A program made the translations under genes and the position numbers. From a virus, in the IMG/VR virus record IMGVR_UViG_2693429897_000002: 64,000 nt of DNA; one strand, given 5' to 3'. Under the pieces are notes generated by a model that made no database searches, was not told the DNA's origin, and was given only the letters and a program-made list of their open reading frames with translations. Position 1 is the first letter of the stretch. Each line of letters starts with the position of its first letter. Positions 24,604 to 34,974 of this stretch are shown here, piece after piece.

Positions 24604-25436
24604 GGCAGGGCCTCCGCTTGCAGGGGAACGCCCACCACGTGGGGCGGATCGAAGAGGTTCTCGAGGCGCGCGCCGAAGCGCAAGAGGTCGCGCCGGCCGT
24701 AGCCGTCGGCAATGCGTTCGGCCAGCGCCCGCACCGTCACCGGGCGGCCCGTGCAAATGTTGACGGCGCCGGTCATCCCGCCTAGCGCGACGTCCGCGAT
24801 CATCCGGCCGGCCTCGGCCACGTCCATGAAGTCGCGCACCTGGCTGCCTGCCGTCATCTCGACCGGCTCTCCAGCCGAAAGGCGCGCGTGCAGGAATGGG
24901 ACGAGGCGGCGGGGATCCTCCCCCGCGCCGTGCAAATGGAACAGGCGGCACCACGCGAAACTCGCGTCTGTCCCCGCGAACCAGCCCGAGAGCGCGTGGA
25001 ACGCCGCCGCCTTGGCGCCCGCATAGGGGGTTTTCGGGTCAAGCGGCACGGTGACGGCCAGCGGCCGCCCGATCATCGCGTATTCGAAGCAGGTGCCGAT
25101 GCCGATTACCCGGCGTACGCCGGCCCGCGCCGCGCCGCGCGCCATTGCTAGTGTGCCGCATAGGCAGTGGTGGTTGAGTGGCGAGGCGAGGTATTCCCCT
25201 GGCGTTGCGATCCATGCGAGGTGGATCAATGTGTCGGTGCCGCTCAGCGCGCGCGCCCACCATTCCTCGGTTTCGGCGAACAGCGCGGGGGTGGCGATGG
25301 GGGTAACGCCCTCCCGCAGGCCGCCTTCCTGCCCCGGGCGAACGACGGCGCGCAATGGTCGGGTGTCGGCCAGCGCGGCCATGACGTGGCGGCCGACGAA
25401 GCCCGTGGCTCCGGTGAGGCAGACTGCTCTGCTCAT
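24600..25436 (-). CDS. NAD-dependent epimerase/dehydratase (probable 4-ketoreductase)
   Basis: TGATGFVG, YAGAK (YxxxK) and RDFMDV. Confidence 0.88.
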   Translation of the reverse strand: MSRAVCLTGATGFVGRHVMAALADTRPLRAVVRPGQEGGLREGVTPIATPALFAETEEWWARALSGTDTLIHLAWIATPGEYLASPLNHHCLCGTLAMARGAARAGVRRVIGIGTCFEYAMIGRPLAVTVPLDPKTPYAGAKAAAFHALSGWFAGTDASFAWCRLFHLHGAGEDPRRLVPFLHARLSAGEPVEMTAGSQVRDFMDVAEAGRMIADVALGGMTGAVNICTGRPVTVRALAERIADGYGRRDLLRFGARLENLFDPPHVVGVPLQAEALP

Positions 25437-26656
25437 GTCTCACACATCTCGGGCACGGCGGTGGCGAAGCTCGTGCCCTGCGCCGTCAGCGGGGCAAGCT
25501 GCTGGCGTACCTCGTCGGCGATGTTCCACGGCAGGATCAGCACCACGTCCGGGCGGTTCCGCTCCAAGGCCTCCGGCGCCAGAACGGGAATGCGGCTGCC
25601 CGGCAGGTACCGGCCGATCTTGGCCGGGGCGGCATCCGCGACGAAGGGCAGCAGGTCGGGTCGCACCCCGGCATAGTTCAGCAGCGTATTGCCCTTGGCG
25701 GCGGCGCCGTAACCCGCGACGCTGCGCCCGGCGGCCTTGCAGTCGAGCAAGAAGCGCAGCAGGCCATTCTTCACCGCTTCCGCTTCCGCCTGAAATCCCT
25801 CGTAATAGGGCGCGGCATGCATTCCGCGGCGGCGTTCCTCGGTCAGCAGCGCGGCGACGGCGGGGGTTTCTACATGCGCGGCGCTCCGGTGGCAGCCGTA
25901 GACGCGCAGGCTACCGCCATGCGTGGGCAATTCCTCGACATCGAAGACGCGCAAGCCCTGGGCGGCAAAGATCCGCGCCACGACAAGCAGCGAAAGATAC
26001 GAGAAATGCTCATGGTAGACAGTGTCGAACTGCCGGAACTCGACCAGCCGCATCAGATGGGGGAACTCCAGCGTGATCATTCCCTCGGGCTTCAGGCAAG
26101 CAGCAAGGCCCGCGGTGAAGTCGTTGATATCGGGCACATGGGCATAGACGTTGTTGCCCGCGATCAGGTCCGCCTTGCGCCCCTCCGCGGCCAGACGGAC
26201 ACCGAGATCGCGCCCGAAGAAGGCGCGCAGGGTCGGCACGCCGACCGCCTCGGCCGCATCGGCTGTGCTGTCGGTGGGCTCGATGCCAAGGCAGGGGATG
26301 CCCGCCTGCACGAAATTGCGCAGCAGATAGCCATCGTTCGAGGCGACTTCGATGACGAAACTATCGGGGGTCAGCTGCGCGCGATCGGTCATTTTCGTGC
26401 AATAGGCTGCGGCGTGCGCCAGCCAGCCCTTCGAGGTGGAGGAGAAGTAGGCATATTCGGCGCTGAAGAAGGTGTCAGCGCTGGCGAAATCCTCGGTCTG
26501 GACCAGATGGCAAGTGTCGCAGACGAACAGGCGTAGCGGGAAATGCAGCTCGGGCGCGTGCAGCGACTCTGCAGAGAGATAGGCATTTGATGGCGGCGCA
26601 GCTCCGAGATCGAGGAAGCGGCGGCTCAGCGGCGTCTGGCAGTGGCGGCAATTCAT
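25433..26656 (-). CDS. NDP-hexose C-methyltransferase family
   Basis: N-terminal Zn motif CRHC...CDTCHLVQ; EVASNDGYLL, NNVYAHVPD, YHEHFSY and GYGAAAKGNTLLN. Confidence 0.9.
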   Translation of the reverse strand: MNCRHCQTPLSRRFLDLGAAPPSNAYLSAESLHAPELHFPLRLFVCDTCHLVQTEDFASADTFFSAEYAYFSSTSKGWLAHAAAYCTKMTDRAQLTPDSFVIEVASNDGYLLRNFVQAGIPCLGIEPTDSTADAAEAVGVPTLRAFFGRDLGVRLAAEGRKADLIAGNNVYAHVPDINDFTAGLAACLKPEGMITLEFPHLMRLVEFRQFDTVYHEHFSYLSLLVVARIFAAQGLRVFDVEELPTHGGSLRVYGCHRSAAHVETPAVAALLTEERRRGMHAAPYYEGFQAEAEAVKNGLLRFLLDCKAAGRSVAGYGAAAKGNTLLNYAGVRPDLLPFVADAAPAKIGRYLPGSRIPVLAPEALERNRPDVVLILPWNIADEVRQQLAPLTAQGTSFATAVPEMCET

Positions 26657-27201
26657 GCGGTGATCGGCTCCAACTCGGCCAGCAGGGGGTTGTTCTGGTC
26701 GCGCGGCGAGAGGTTCGCCACGGGCAGTGGCCAGTCAATCCCGACCGCCGGGTCGTCGTAGCGTAGCCCGCCCTCATGTGCGGGAGAGTAAGCCGCAGAA
26801 TGGCAATAGGTCACCTCGCTGTCCGGCGCCAGCGTCTGAAAGCCATGGGCGACACCTTGGGGCACGTAGACCGCGCTGCGATTGTCCGGCGTCAGTTCGA
26901 CCGCGCACCACGCCCCGAAGCTTGCCGAACCCGCGCGCAGGTCGACGAGAACGTCGAGGATCGCACCCGCGGTACAGCGCACCAGTTTCGCGTCCGCCGC
27001 TGGAGGGCGCTGGAAATGCATACCGCGCAACGTTCCGGCCTCGCGGTTCAGCGAGACGTTCATCTGCACCCACCGCGCCACAAGACCATGGGCGCCAAAT
27101 TCCTCGGCGCAGAAGATGCGGGCGAAGAGGCCGCGCGCGTCGCCGCGCGGTTCGGGATCAACCCGCCAGGCGCCTTGAAGGGACAGCGGGGCGAAGATCA
27201 T
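26653..27201 (-). CDS. rfbC: RmlC-family NDP-4-keto-6-deoxyhexose epimerase
   Basis: RGDARGLFAR, GTLRGMHFQ, DLRAGS and AHGFQTL. Confidence 0.88.
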   Translation of the reverse strand: MIFAPLSLQGAWRVDPEPRGDARGLFARIFCAEEFGAHGLVARWVQMNVSLNREAGTLRGMHFQRPPAADAKLVRCTAGAILDVLVDLRAGSASFGAWCAVELTPDNRSAVYVPQGVAHGFQTLAPDSEVTYCHSAAYSPAHEGGLRYDDPAVGIDWPLPVANLSPRDQNNPLLAELEPITA

Positions 27202-28250
27202 GGCGCGCCGTACTCCGCAATCTGATCCTGGGTCAGGGCAACCGGATCAGAGCCGCCCAGCATCGCGCGATACCATGCGACGGTCTTCTCGACAGCCTCG
27301 GCGAAGGACCAGCGCGGCGCCCAGTCCAGCCGTTGGCGGGCGAGGTCGCTGGCCACGGCAAGGCGTCCGGCCTCGTGCGGGACCGCCCCCCCCGAGACAT
27401 CCTCCCAACTGCCTGGCCATTTCGACAGCATGGCATCTGCCAACTCTTGCACACTGCGGAAGTCGCCGGGGGCCGGCCCGAAATTCCAGGCTCGGGCAAG
27501 TGCGGCGTCACCGTGCAGCCGCTCCGCCAGACGCAGGTAGCCGGCCAGCGGCTCCAGCACATGTTGCCAGGGGCGGACGGCCTCGGGATTGCGCAGGCTG
27601 ACTGGATTACCAGCGTTCAGCGAACGGATGACATCGGGAACAATGCGGTTCTCTGCCCAGTCTCCGCCGCCGATCACGTTGCCTGCCCGCGCCGTCGCGA
27701 TCCTTAGGTCGCCGCCGAAGGAGTCGCGCCAACTCGCGGCCAGAAGCTCCGTCGCCGCCTTCGAGGCGCTGTAGGGGTCGCGCCCGCCCAGACGGTCTGC
27801 CTCGCGGTAGGGGTGATCCCATTCGCGATTTTCATAGACCTTGTCGGTGGTGACGATCACCAGCGTCACGGGTCGCGCCGCCTTGCCGAGCGCGTCCAGA
27901 AGGTGCAGCGTGCCACCGACATTGGTGTCCCAGGTCTCGACCGGCGCCGCATAGCCCCGCAGCACCAGCGGCTGGGCGGCAAGGTGGAAGACGATGTCAG
28001 GCTGCACGGTCTCCACCTGGGCGCGCACCGCGTTTGGATCCCGCACGTCGACAAGTCCGTGGTCCATCTTGGACGCGAGGCCGAGTTGGTCGAACAGGGC
28101 CGGCGCAGTATCGGGCGCGAGGGCGAGACCCGAGACACCCGCCCCCATCTGGTCCAGCCAGAATGACAGCCACGCCCCCTTGAACCCGGTATGTCCGGTC
28201 ACCAGAACCCGGCGCCCGGCCCAGAAACCGTTCATTTCCAGATCTTCCAT
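27198..28250 (-). CDS. rfbG: CDP-glucose 4,6-dehydratase
   Basis: VLVTGHTGFKGAWL, FHLAAQPLV, TTDKVYEN, DPYSASK and RPWQHVLEPL. Confidence 0.95.
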   Translation of the reverse strand: MEDLEMNGFWAGRRVLVTGHTGFKGAWLSFWLDQMGAGVSGLALAPDTAPALFDQLGLASKMDHGLVDVRDPNAVRAQVETVQPDIVFHLAAQPLVLRGYAAPVETWDTNVGGTLHLLDALGKAARPVTLVIVTTDKVYENREWDHPYREADRLGGRDPYSASKAATELLAASWRDSFGGDLRIATARAGNVIGGGDWAENRIVPDVIRSLNAGNPVSLRNPEAVRPWQHVLEPLAGYLRLAERLHGDAALARAWNFGPAPGDFRSVQELADAMLSKWPGSWEDVSGGAVPHEAGRLAVASDLARQRLDWAPRWSFAEAVEKTVAWYRAMLGGSDPVALTQDQIAEYGAP

Positions 28251-28999
28251 GGCGCCGCACCGTCCTTCCAGAGCTGCTCCAGCGCCTGCTTGTCGCGCAT
28301 CGTATCCATCGCCGCCCAGAAGCCCGAGTGTTTCCAGTGCGTCAGTTGTCCCTCGACCGCCAGAGATTCCAGCGGCGTGGCCTCAAGCGGGACCTCATCG
28401 CCGGCAATGCGGTCGATGATCGAAGGCTCAAGCACGAGGAATCCGCCCGAGACCCAGCGCCCGTCGCCTTGCGGTTTTTCCAGAAAGCGATGCACCCGTG
28501 TGCCCTGAATGTCCAACGCGCCATAGCGGCCCGAGGGCTGCACCGCCGTGATCGTCGCCTCGACACCCTCTGCCCGGTGATGCGCGATCAGACCGGCCAG
28601 ATCGATATCGGCGACCCCGTCCCCGTAGGTCAGGCAGAAGGTGTCGTCGAGATGATCGCGTACTCGTCGCAGCCGCCCGCCAGTCTGGGTATGCTCACCG
28701 GTATCGACCAGTGTGACTTTCCACGGCTCCGCATAGCGCTGGTGGACCTGCATCGAATTCTCGGACAGATCGAAGGTCACATCGGACATGTGCAGGAAGT
28801 AGTTGGCGAAATACTCCTTGATCATGTAGCCCTTGTAGCCACAGCAGATCACGAAGTCGGTGATGCCTTGGGCGCCGTAGATCTTCATGATATGCCACAG
28901 GATCGGCCGCCCGCCGATTTCGATCATCGGCTTCGGGCGCAGGTGCGATTCCTCGCTGATCCGCGTCCCCAACCCACCTGCCAGAATAACGGCTTTCAC
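28232..28999 (-). CDS. rfbF: Glucose-1-phosphate cytidylyltransferase
   Basis: VILAGGLGTRISEES, WHIMKIY, TGGRLRR, LTYGDG and GFWAAMDT; GTG start with a GGGAG RBS. Confidence 0.95.
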   Translation of the reverse strand: MKAVILAGGLGTRISEESHLRPKPMIEIGGRPILWHIMKIYGAQGITDFVICCGYKGYMIKEYFANYFLHMSDVTFDLSENSMQVHQRYAEPWKVTLVDTGEHTQTGGRLRRVRDHLDDTFCLTYGDGVADIDLAGLIAHHRAEGVEATITAVQPSGRYGALDIQGTRVHRFLEKPQGDGRWVSGGFLVLEPSIIDRIAGDEVPLEATPLESLAVEGQLTHWKHSGFWAAMDTMRDKQALEQLWKDGAAPWKIWK

Positions 29000-29360
29000 G
29001 TCACGGTCTCCCTTGTTGGGCAAACAGGTATCGCTTTTGGAGTCTGGATTCTACCTCTATTGAGGCGCATCCGGGGTTCTCCGCCTCCATGCGATGGCGC
29101 GTGCGAGGCCGTGGTGTGCCGGCGCGGGCAAGGGGAAGCAGAGAGCTTGATCCCGCACCCGTTTTGGGCAAGTTTCCGGGTGGCTCTCGTTCGGCTTTGC
29201 CGGGGCATGGGCGGGTTCGGCCGATCGCGCCCCTCTCGCGTGCGAGAACGGCTCTGCGGCGTCTCCACAGAGCCCCGTGCGCAGAACAAAGAGAGCTTCG
29301 CGCACCCCGCGGCGGAGGTCGAAGGTTGCGCGCCGCGCAGGATAGTGAGAAGCAACCGCT

Positions 29361-30269
29361 ATGAACGATGCAACGTCCGGAGAAGTAGAAGTGGGCGATG
29401 GCCCCGACATCGGGTATGCCGTGCCTGTTCATAACGGCGCGAAGTATCTTGAGGAGGCGCTGTCGTCGCTGGCAGCGCAAACCGTTCAGCCGCGCAAGGT
29501 CTATATCTTCGAGAATCACTCGACGGACGCCACTGTCGAGATCGCCCGGAAATTCGTCGAAAAGTACCCCCACTTCGAACTCCGCCCGGCGCCGACATTT
29601 CTTTCCGCCGCCGAGAATTTCAACAGAGCGTACGACTGCTTGGTCGATCGGCATGAGTTCTTCGGTCTGCTTGCCCATGACGACGTATTGTCCCCAAACT
29701 ACATTGAGGCGCTCACACACCGCCTGACCGCGAACCCGAAATCGCTCATGGCGGTCGGTGACGTCGTGAACCTGGCAAACCCCGAGGCCGGCCCGATATG
29801 GTTCGACCTCCGCATCCTAGATGCCGGCAGCTATGTCGACCCGAAGCGCGGCTACAAGAGGATCGAGTTTCCGGCGTCCTGGTACTACGGGATCTACCAT
29901 GGCAAGGCCGCGCGGAATCTGATGGTGCAGTCAGAGGCCCAGTTTCCTTCCCTCTGGGGCGGTGATCGCCTGCAGGTGCTGCACTTCCTACTGCGCGGCC
30001 AGTTGGAGTATGCACCGGGAACTCAGTTCATGTGGCGTCCGGGTTCCGACTCCTTTCGGGTATTTGCTGAAAAACGGGCGATCGACATGTTGCGCAGACG
30101 ATGGGAATACCACTCGATCATGTGGTCGCAAAGGCACTACCTGCACCCGAAAGGTATCTGGCAGAAGCTTGCCTTGTGGCAACTCTGCTTTCACACGTCT
30201 GCCCGCGACACCTATCGACTGGAGCCGCTCCTACTGGGCAAATACCGGAAATATCACGAAATAACATAG
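29361..30269 (+). CDS. Glycosyltransferase family 2
   Basis: VPVHNGAKYLEEALSSLAAQT, ENHSTD and LAHDD. Confidence 0.85.
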   Translation: MNDATSGEVEVGDGPDIGYAVPVHNGAKYLEEALSSLAAQTVQPRKVYIFENHSTDATVEIARKFVEKYPHFELRPAPTFLSAAENFNRAYDCLVDRHEFFGLLAHDDVLSPNYIEALTHRLTANPKSLMAVGDVVNLANPEAGPIWFDLRILDAGSYVDPKRGYKRIEFPASWYYGIYHGKAARNLMVQSEAQFPSLWGGDRLQVLHFLLRGQLEYAPGTQFMWRPGSDSFRVFAEKRAIDMLRRRWEYHSIMWSQRHYLHPKGIWQKLALWQLCFHTSARDTYRLEPLLLGKYRKYHEIT

Positions 30270-30276
30270 CTCCGTC

Positions 30277-30450
30277 GCACAGATTCAAGGTTTCGAACGC
30301 CCCGATGTTCGGGGCGAAGATAACCGAGATCGTCTGACTTTACCTCGACCCGCTGAACCGCTCGGTCGTGCTGTGCGTGGCTGCGCTCGATCGGCCCGTC
30401 TTCGGCGTGCATGCCGAGCCATGGTCATGTTGGTCGCCGGGCGCCCGCAC
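30277..30450 (+). pseudogene. Degenerate IS630-family transposase fragment
   Basis: HRFKVSNAP...EIV*LYLDPLNRSVVLCV resembles IS630 FKLSNDP...VGLYLDPPE.AVVLCV and has an internal stop. Confidence 0.6.
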
Positions 30451-30548
30451 AGATGCGACGCCACAGCAGACGGTGGCCCCGTCGACATACCCTGCAACAA
30501 AAGGGGTGAACTTCTTCTGTATCCGTCCGGCGTGACCGCCGTTGACGT

Positions 30549-32078
30549 TCAACTTGGCTGCCAGTTCCAAGGTGCGAGTTCGTCGATGCGGTTGATCTTG
30601 TGATCGGCGATGTGGGTCAGCACCCAGGTCAGCCAGGCTTCCGGCTCGACGCCGTTCATGCGTGCGGTTTCGATAAGGGAATAGGCGATTGCGGCAGCCT
30701 TTCCGCCGCCTTCGGAGCCCATGAAGAGATAATTCTTCCTTCCGAGAGTCAGCGGTCTGATTGATCGCTCACAGATGTTGTTGTCCAGCTCGAGCTGGCC
30801 GTCTTCGAGATAGGCCCGCGCCTTGGGCATGCGGCCGAGGGCGTAGCGAATGGCCTCGGCCAGGCTGGTTTTCCCCGATATTTTCGGCAGCTGCTGCTTC
30901 AGCCAGGCCTCCAGCTCGTCGAAGATGGGCTTGGCCCTGGTCTGTCGCAGGGCGACGCGTTCGTCGGGCGGCCCGTAACGCGCGTCCTTTTCGACGGCAT
31001 AGAGCCTGGCGATCCGTTCGATGGTTTCCTTGGCGATCGTGGAGCCGTCGCGTTCGAAGACATCCACAAACTTGCGCCGCACATGCACCATGCAGGCTTG
31101 TTCCGTGGCCAGCCCTTCACCGAACAGCCCGTTGAAGCCGGTGAACCCGTCGGCATGCACGATGCCCGTGTAGCCCTTGAGATGGGCGGCGGGATGTTCG
31201 CCCTTGCGATCCACGCTGAACCGATACCAGGCGCAGGGCGGGGCCTGGCCGCACCATGGCCGCTCATCTCGGACATAGCTCCACATCCGCGCGGTCCGGG
31301 TTCTGCCGGTCTTGCCTCCGATCTGCATCTTGACCGGGGTGTCGTCGGCAAAGAGCGTTGGACCGGCACGCGCCAGCTTGCCGATATGGTCGGCCAGAGG
31401 TTCCAGGAGTGCCGTCGATCGCCCGACCCAATCGGTCAGCGTCGAGCGGTGCAGATCGACCTTCTCGCGGGCGTAGATCCCGGACTGGCGGTACAAGGGA
31501 AGATGGTCGCAATATTTTCCGACCAGCACATGGGCCAGCAGGCCGGGGCCGGCACGCCCGCGGGTGATGGGGCGGCTCGGCAGCGGCGCTTGCGCGAAGG
31601 CCTCGCAGCAGGAGCAGGCCATGCGCGGGCGGATGATTTCGCGGACCACGAACCGCCCCGGGATGTAGTCCAGTTCCTGCGTCACATCCTCGCCAAGGGT
31701 CCGCAAGGTCCCGCCACAGTCGGAGCAGGTCTCGCCCGGAGACAGAACCTCGGAGTGCCGCTCCAGGTGGTCGGGCAAAGGGGCACGGCTATGTTTCCGT
31801 TTGCCGGGTTTGTCTTCATCGACCTGATCGTTACCGGCACCAGTCTCGCCCTGCTGGTCGGCAGCGGCTGCGGCGATCTCGGTCTCCTCCTGAAGATCCA
31901 AATGCAGCTGGTCCGCACTTTCGGATTTCGAGCCGAACCGCGCCTTGCGATGACCCGCCAGCTGATGTTCCAGCTTCTCGATCTTCAGCGCCTGGGACCT
32001 GGCCAGATCGCGCAATTGTTCCGCCACCGCACGCAGTTCGTCGGGGTCGGATGGCAGGGTTCCGGGCGTCTCCAGCAT
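30549..32078 (-). CDS. tnpC: IS66 transposase TnpC
   Basis: [41 protein letters not shown] and GRKNYLF. Confidence 0.95.
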   Translation of the reverse strand: MLETPGTLPSDPDELRAVAEQLRDLARSQALKIEKLEHQLAGHRKARFGSKSESADQLHLDLQEETEIAAAAADQQGETGAGNDQVDEDKPGKRKHSRAPLPDHLERHSEVLSPGETCSDCGGTLRTLGEDVTQELDYIPGRFVVREIIRPRMACSCCEAFAQAPLPSRPITRGRAGPGLLAHVLVGKYCDHLPLYRQSGIYAREKVDLHRSTLTDWVGRSTALLEPLADHIGKLARAGPTLFADDTPVKMQIGGKTGRTRTARMWSYVRDERPWCGQAPPCAWYRFSVDRKGEHPAAHLKGYTGIVHADGFTGFNGLFGEGLATEQACMVHVRRKFVDVFERDGSTIAKETIERIARLYAVEKDARYGPPDERVALRQTRAKPIFDELEAWLKQQLPKISGKTSLAEAIRYALGRMPKARAYLEDGQLELDNNICERSIRPLTLGRKNYLFMGSEGGGKAAAIAYSLIETARMNGVEPEAWLTWVLTHIADHKINRIDELAPWNWQPS

Positions 32079-32116
32079 GGCTGGATTTATACCGCCGGGC
32101 CGCGCACAAGGGAAGC

Positions 32117-32488
32117 TTATGATGCTGGAGTCTCTGACAAATCTCCGGTCGTGAGAGGGCGCCAGGGCTTCTGCGGCATGCGCCAGTCAATGCCTTCCAG
32201 AAGCATTGCCAGCATCGATGGACTGAGGCTGACTTTGCCGTCCTTCGCAGCCGGCCAGACAAACCGGCCCCTCTCCAATCGCTTGCTGAATAGGCAGGCT
32301 CCCTGCGCATCCCACCAGATGATTTTCAAAAGATCACCCCGGCGCCCGCGGAACACGAACAGGTGGCCTGAATACGGGTCTTCCTCGAGCGTCTTCTCGG
32401 TCTGTGCGGCCAGCGTGTTGAACCCGCGCCGCATGTCCGTCACCCCGGCCGCCAGCCAGATCCGCGTGTTGCTCGGCACCGGGATCAC
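32117..32488 (-). CDS. tnpB: IS66 accessory protein TnpB
   Basis: [11 protein letters not shown]...[18 protein letters not shown]...[10 protein letters not shown]. Confidence 0.95.
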   Translation of the reverse strand: MIPVPSNTRIWLAAGVTDMRRGFNTLAAQTEKTLEEDPYSGHLFVFRGRRGDLLKIIWWDAQGACLFSKRLERGRFVWPAAKDGKVSLSPSMLAMLLEGIDWRMPQKPWRPLTTGDLSETPAS

Positions 32489-32910
32489 GTCATCAAACCC
32501 TGGACCAGCCCCAGCACCGACGAGAGCTGCGTCGGCCGCTCCACCACCACCCGCCGCCCATCCGACAGCGTGATGTCGACCCGCTGCGCGAGAACGGGAT
32601 CCCCCGTCGGCCCGTGCGCCTCAAAGTCAGATCCTGAACCAGGTTCGGCGGCCACGCCGGTGATCTCGACCGGCAGAAAGAGAGTCTCATCCTCAAGGTC
32701 ACCAGACGCGTCGACCTCGGCCGGCGCGAAACGCGGATCCCGCAGCCACGTGAAAATCAGGTTAGAGTTCATCGCATACCGCCGCGCAACCTGCGCCACC
32801 GATACGCCGGGCGCCCGTGCCTGCCGGCAGATCGAGCGCTTCTCCTCGTCAGACCAGAACCGCTTCCTCTGCCCTTTCTTGCCCGCCATCGTGTGCCTCA
32901 AGATGTCCAT
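32485..32910 (-). CDS. tnpA: IS66 TnpA (HTH)
   Basis: [12 protein letters not shown]...[19 protein letters not shown]; true start may be MAGKK. Confidence 0.9.
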   Translation of the reverse strand: MDILRHTMAGKKGQRKRFWSDEEKRSICRQARAPGVSVAQVARRYAMNSNLIFTWLRDPRFAPAEVDASGDLEDETLFLPVEITGVAAEPGSGSDFEAHGPTGDPVLAQRVDITLSDGRRVVVERPTQLSSVLGLVQGLMT

Positions 32911-33123
32911 TATCGATCATGGACATTATCGGCGGCCAGCTCCCAACGTCAGTGCGGCGACAACGGACGGATACCTTCTTCTGTGGAAAGTTCCTTCTTC
33001 CCCGCGTCGCTCCTTCAAGCACGTCCAAGACAGCAAAGTTGAGATTTTCACAAGAAAGGCTTTTCGATTTTCACCAGTGGTGGATAATTTTCCTGTCGGA
33101 CATCTTTTACAGGAGAGACCGAC

Positions 33124-33417
33124 ATGACGAAACATGCCGACCTGATCAACAAGGACACGCTCGCAAAGATGCGGGCAACGTTCGCCGACTTGCCCCCGAA
33201 ACTCAAGATCCAGTTCACGCGTCGCGAGGCTATTGCCGAGATGGCCGACGATATCCGGCGCGCACGCGATGAACTGGGCTATTCGCTGGAAGACATAGCC
33301 CGGATGCTGGCCGAGCATGGACATCCAATCAAGCCCGCGACGCTGCGCGGCCACGGGAGGCATTGGCTCGCCGTCGCGAAGCAGACGGGCGACGATAGTG
33401 TGATTAGGCAGCCTTAG
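33124..33417 (+). CDS. Small plasmid-type DNA-binding protein (possibly TraK/MobC-like)
   Basis: RBS AGGAG; IRRARDELGYSLEDIARMLAEHGHPIKPATLR pattern; family assignment is tentative. Confidence 0.5.
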   Translation: MTKHADLINKDTLAKMRATFADLPPKLKIQFTRREAIAEMADDIRRARDELGYSLEDIARMLAEHGHPIKPATLRGHGRHWLAVAKQTGDDSVIRQP

Positions 33418-33419
33418 GA

Positions 33420-33786
33420 GGGTTGCTGCTGAGACCTCGGGGCCGAGCCATTCGGCCAGCAGGGCAGCGTCCTTCGGGCCGACGCGGAAGACTGCGAGGT
33501 TGCCAGTATTCCCGAGGATCGCATGCGCGACGTCTCCAGCGCGACCGTCGATCTACGCGACGGACTGGTTGGCGAGCACGATCGAAAGGCCATATTTCCG
33601 AACTTCCGCGAGGGCCTCGGCCAGGACGCTGACGGCCCCGTAAGTCTGGAACTCGTCCAGGATCACCCGCGTTATTCGACGCTCGTTAAGGGGCAAACGG
33701 GCTCTTTCCATACCTGCGCCAGCCTTCGATGCCGTCGAGCAAACCGGCGCGCACGCGCGGCCTCTGCGCCCACAAATGACCAACAC
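33420..33786 (-). pseudogene. Fragment of a VirD4/TraD/HerA-like coupling ATPase
   Basis: VILDEFQTY...EVRKYGLSIVLANQSVA*IDG...AILGNTGNLAVFRVG: Walker B region with an internal stop. Confidence 0.75.
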
Positions 33787-34081
33787 GGTTGCCCTAGACC
33801 CCCTCTACTTGCCCTACCGCGGGGCCCCCAACTTCGCTCTGAACCGCGCCCTTGTCGGGTTGTGCGAGGCGCGGATCGAGGTCGACCTGACGATAGACAT
33901 CGCCTCCTTCGAATTGGACGCCTCTCACATCCGGGCACTCACCGGTGCCCAACAGCAGCTCGTCGCTGGGGCCTACGCTGGGGAGCCAGGAAACCGGGTG
34001 CGGGCGAAGGTTTCCCGCACGGGCGCAGAAGCCCGGCCGTGTGGACATCGCGGCCGGGCTCCATTTGTGGTACCTATGTCG

Positions 34082-34819
34082 TCAAGAAGCGCTGGCGCCG
34101 CCCGAGAAGTCGTGCAGGATCATGTTCATGCGGGCGAGACCAGCGGTGGTCACGTCTTTTTCCTGGCCTTCGAGGGTGATCCGTTTCCCGGCTTCGGCCG
34201 CGACCTTGAGCAGCAGCGAACCCGATCCGCATGTCGGGTCGTATGCGGTGGTTCCGGCAACGGTGTTTTTGGGTGAGATCCCGATCACCTTGGCAATGAT
34301 CCGGCTGACCTCCGACGGGGTGTAGAACTGCCCCTTGCTCTTGCCGCTTTCGGTCGCGAAATGGCGCATCAGGTATTCGTAGGCATCGCCTAGAATATCG
34401 TCATGGTCCGCGCGGTTCTTCGCGAAATTCAGATCTGGGCTTGAGAAGATGGCAATCAGACGACCAAGCCGGTCAACACGGTCATTACCTTCGCCAAGCT
34501 TGTTCGGATCGTTGAAGTCAGGGAAATCCGTTCGCGCCAGCATCTCATTGGCATCAACAAGCGGCTGAATGACCTGCGTATTGATCAGATCGCCAATATT
34601 CGGGTTTCCCGTAAGGGCGGCCATATCGTTGAAGCTCGCGCCTTTCGGAATGACAATTGGCGGCTCGAGATCATCACTGTCCCCATATTTGTCGGACACG
34701 TATTTAATGAACAGCATGAAAAGGACGTAGTCTTTGTATTGACTGGCATCCATTCCTCCACGCAGCTCGTCACACGATGCCCAGAGCGAGGAATAGAGAT
34801 CTGATTTCTTCACTGCCAT
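34082..34819 (-). pseudogene. hsdM: Type I restriction-modification methyltransferase subunit M, 3'-truncated
   Basis: LWASCDELRGGMDASQYKDYVL, GDAYEYLM, GQFYTPSEVS and YDPTCGSGSLL; ends at MNMILHDF before the catalytic NPPF motif; no hsdS or hsdR. Confidence 0.88.
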
Positions 34820-34974
34820 TGTGTCTTTTTAGCCCGATGTCGTCGAAGAAGACCATTAAGGGCTCTTCGGAATGATTGTGATTTTCCGCGCCAGAATAGC
34901 GATCGAGAGCGCTGCCTTCCAGAGCCAACTGCCATGAAGTGCCAGTGGCTTACGTTGCGAGAACGCTGTGGCAG

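Larger units (their letters stand above)
30519..32974 (-). mobile_element. Complete IS66-family element (2456 bp)
   Basis: TIRs GTATCCGTCCG at both ends; 8-bp target duplication CTTCTTCT (30511-30518 and 32975-32982); tnpA-tnpB-tnpC. Confidence 0.95.

Noticed and set aside
30511-30518. IS66 target CTTCTTCT matches part of the CRISPR repeat
   Set aside because: An 8-9 bp low-complexity match with no further repeat similarity around it; likely chance
33776-34276. ORFs between the coupling-protein fragment and hsdM
   Set aside because: No recognisable motif in any frame; the region spans a deletion junction and is left unannotated
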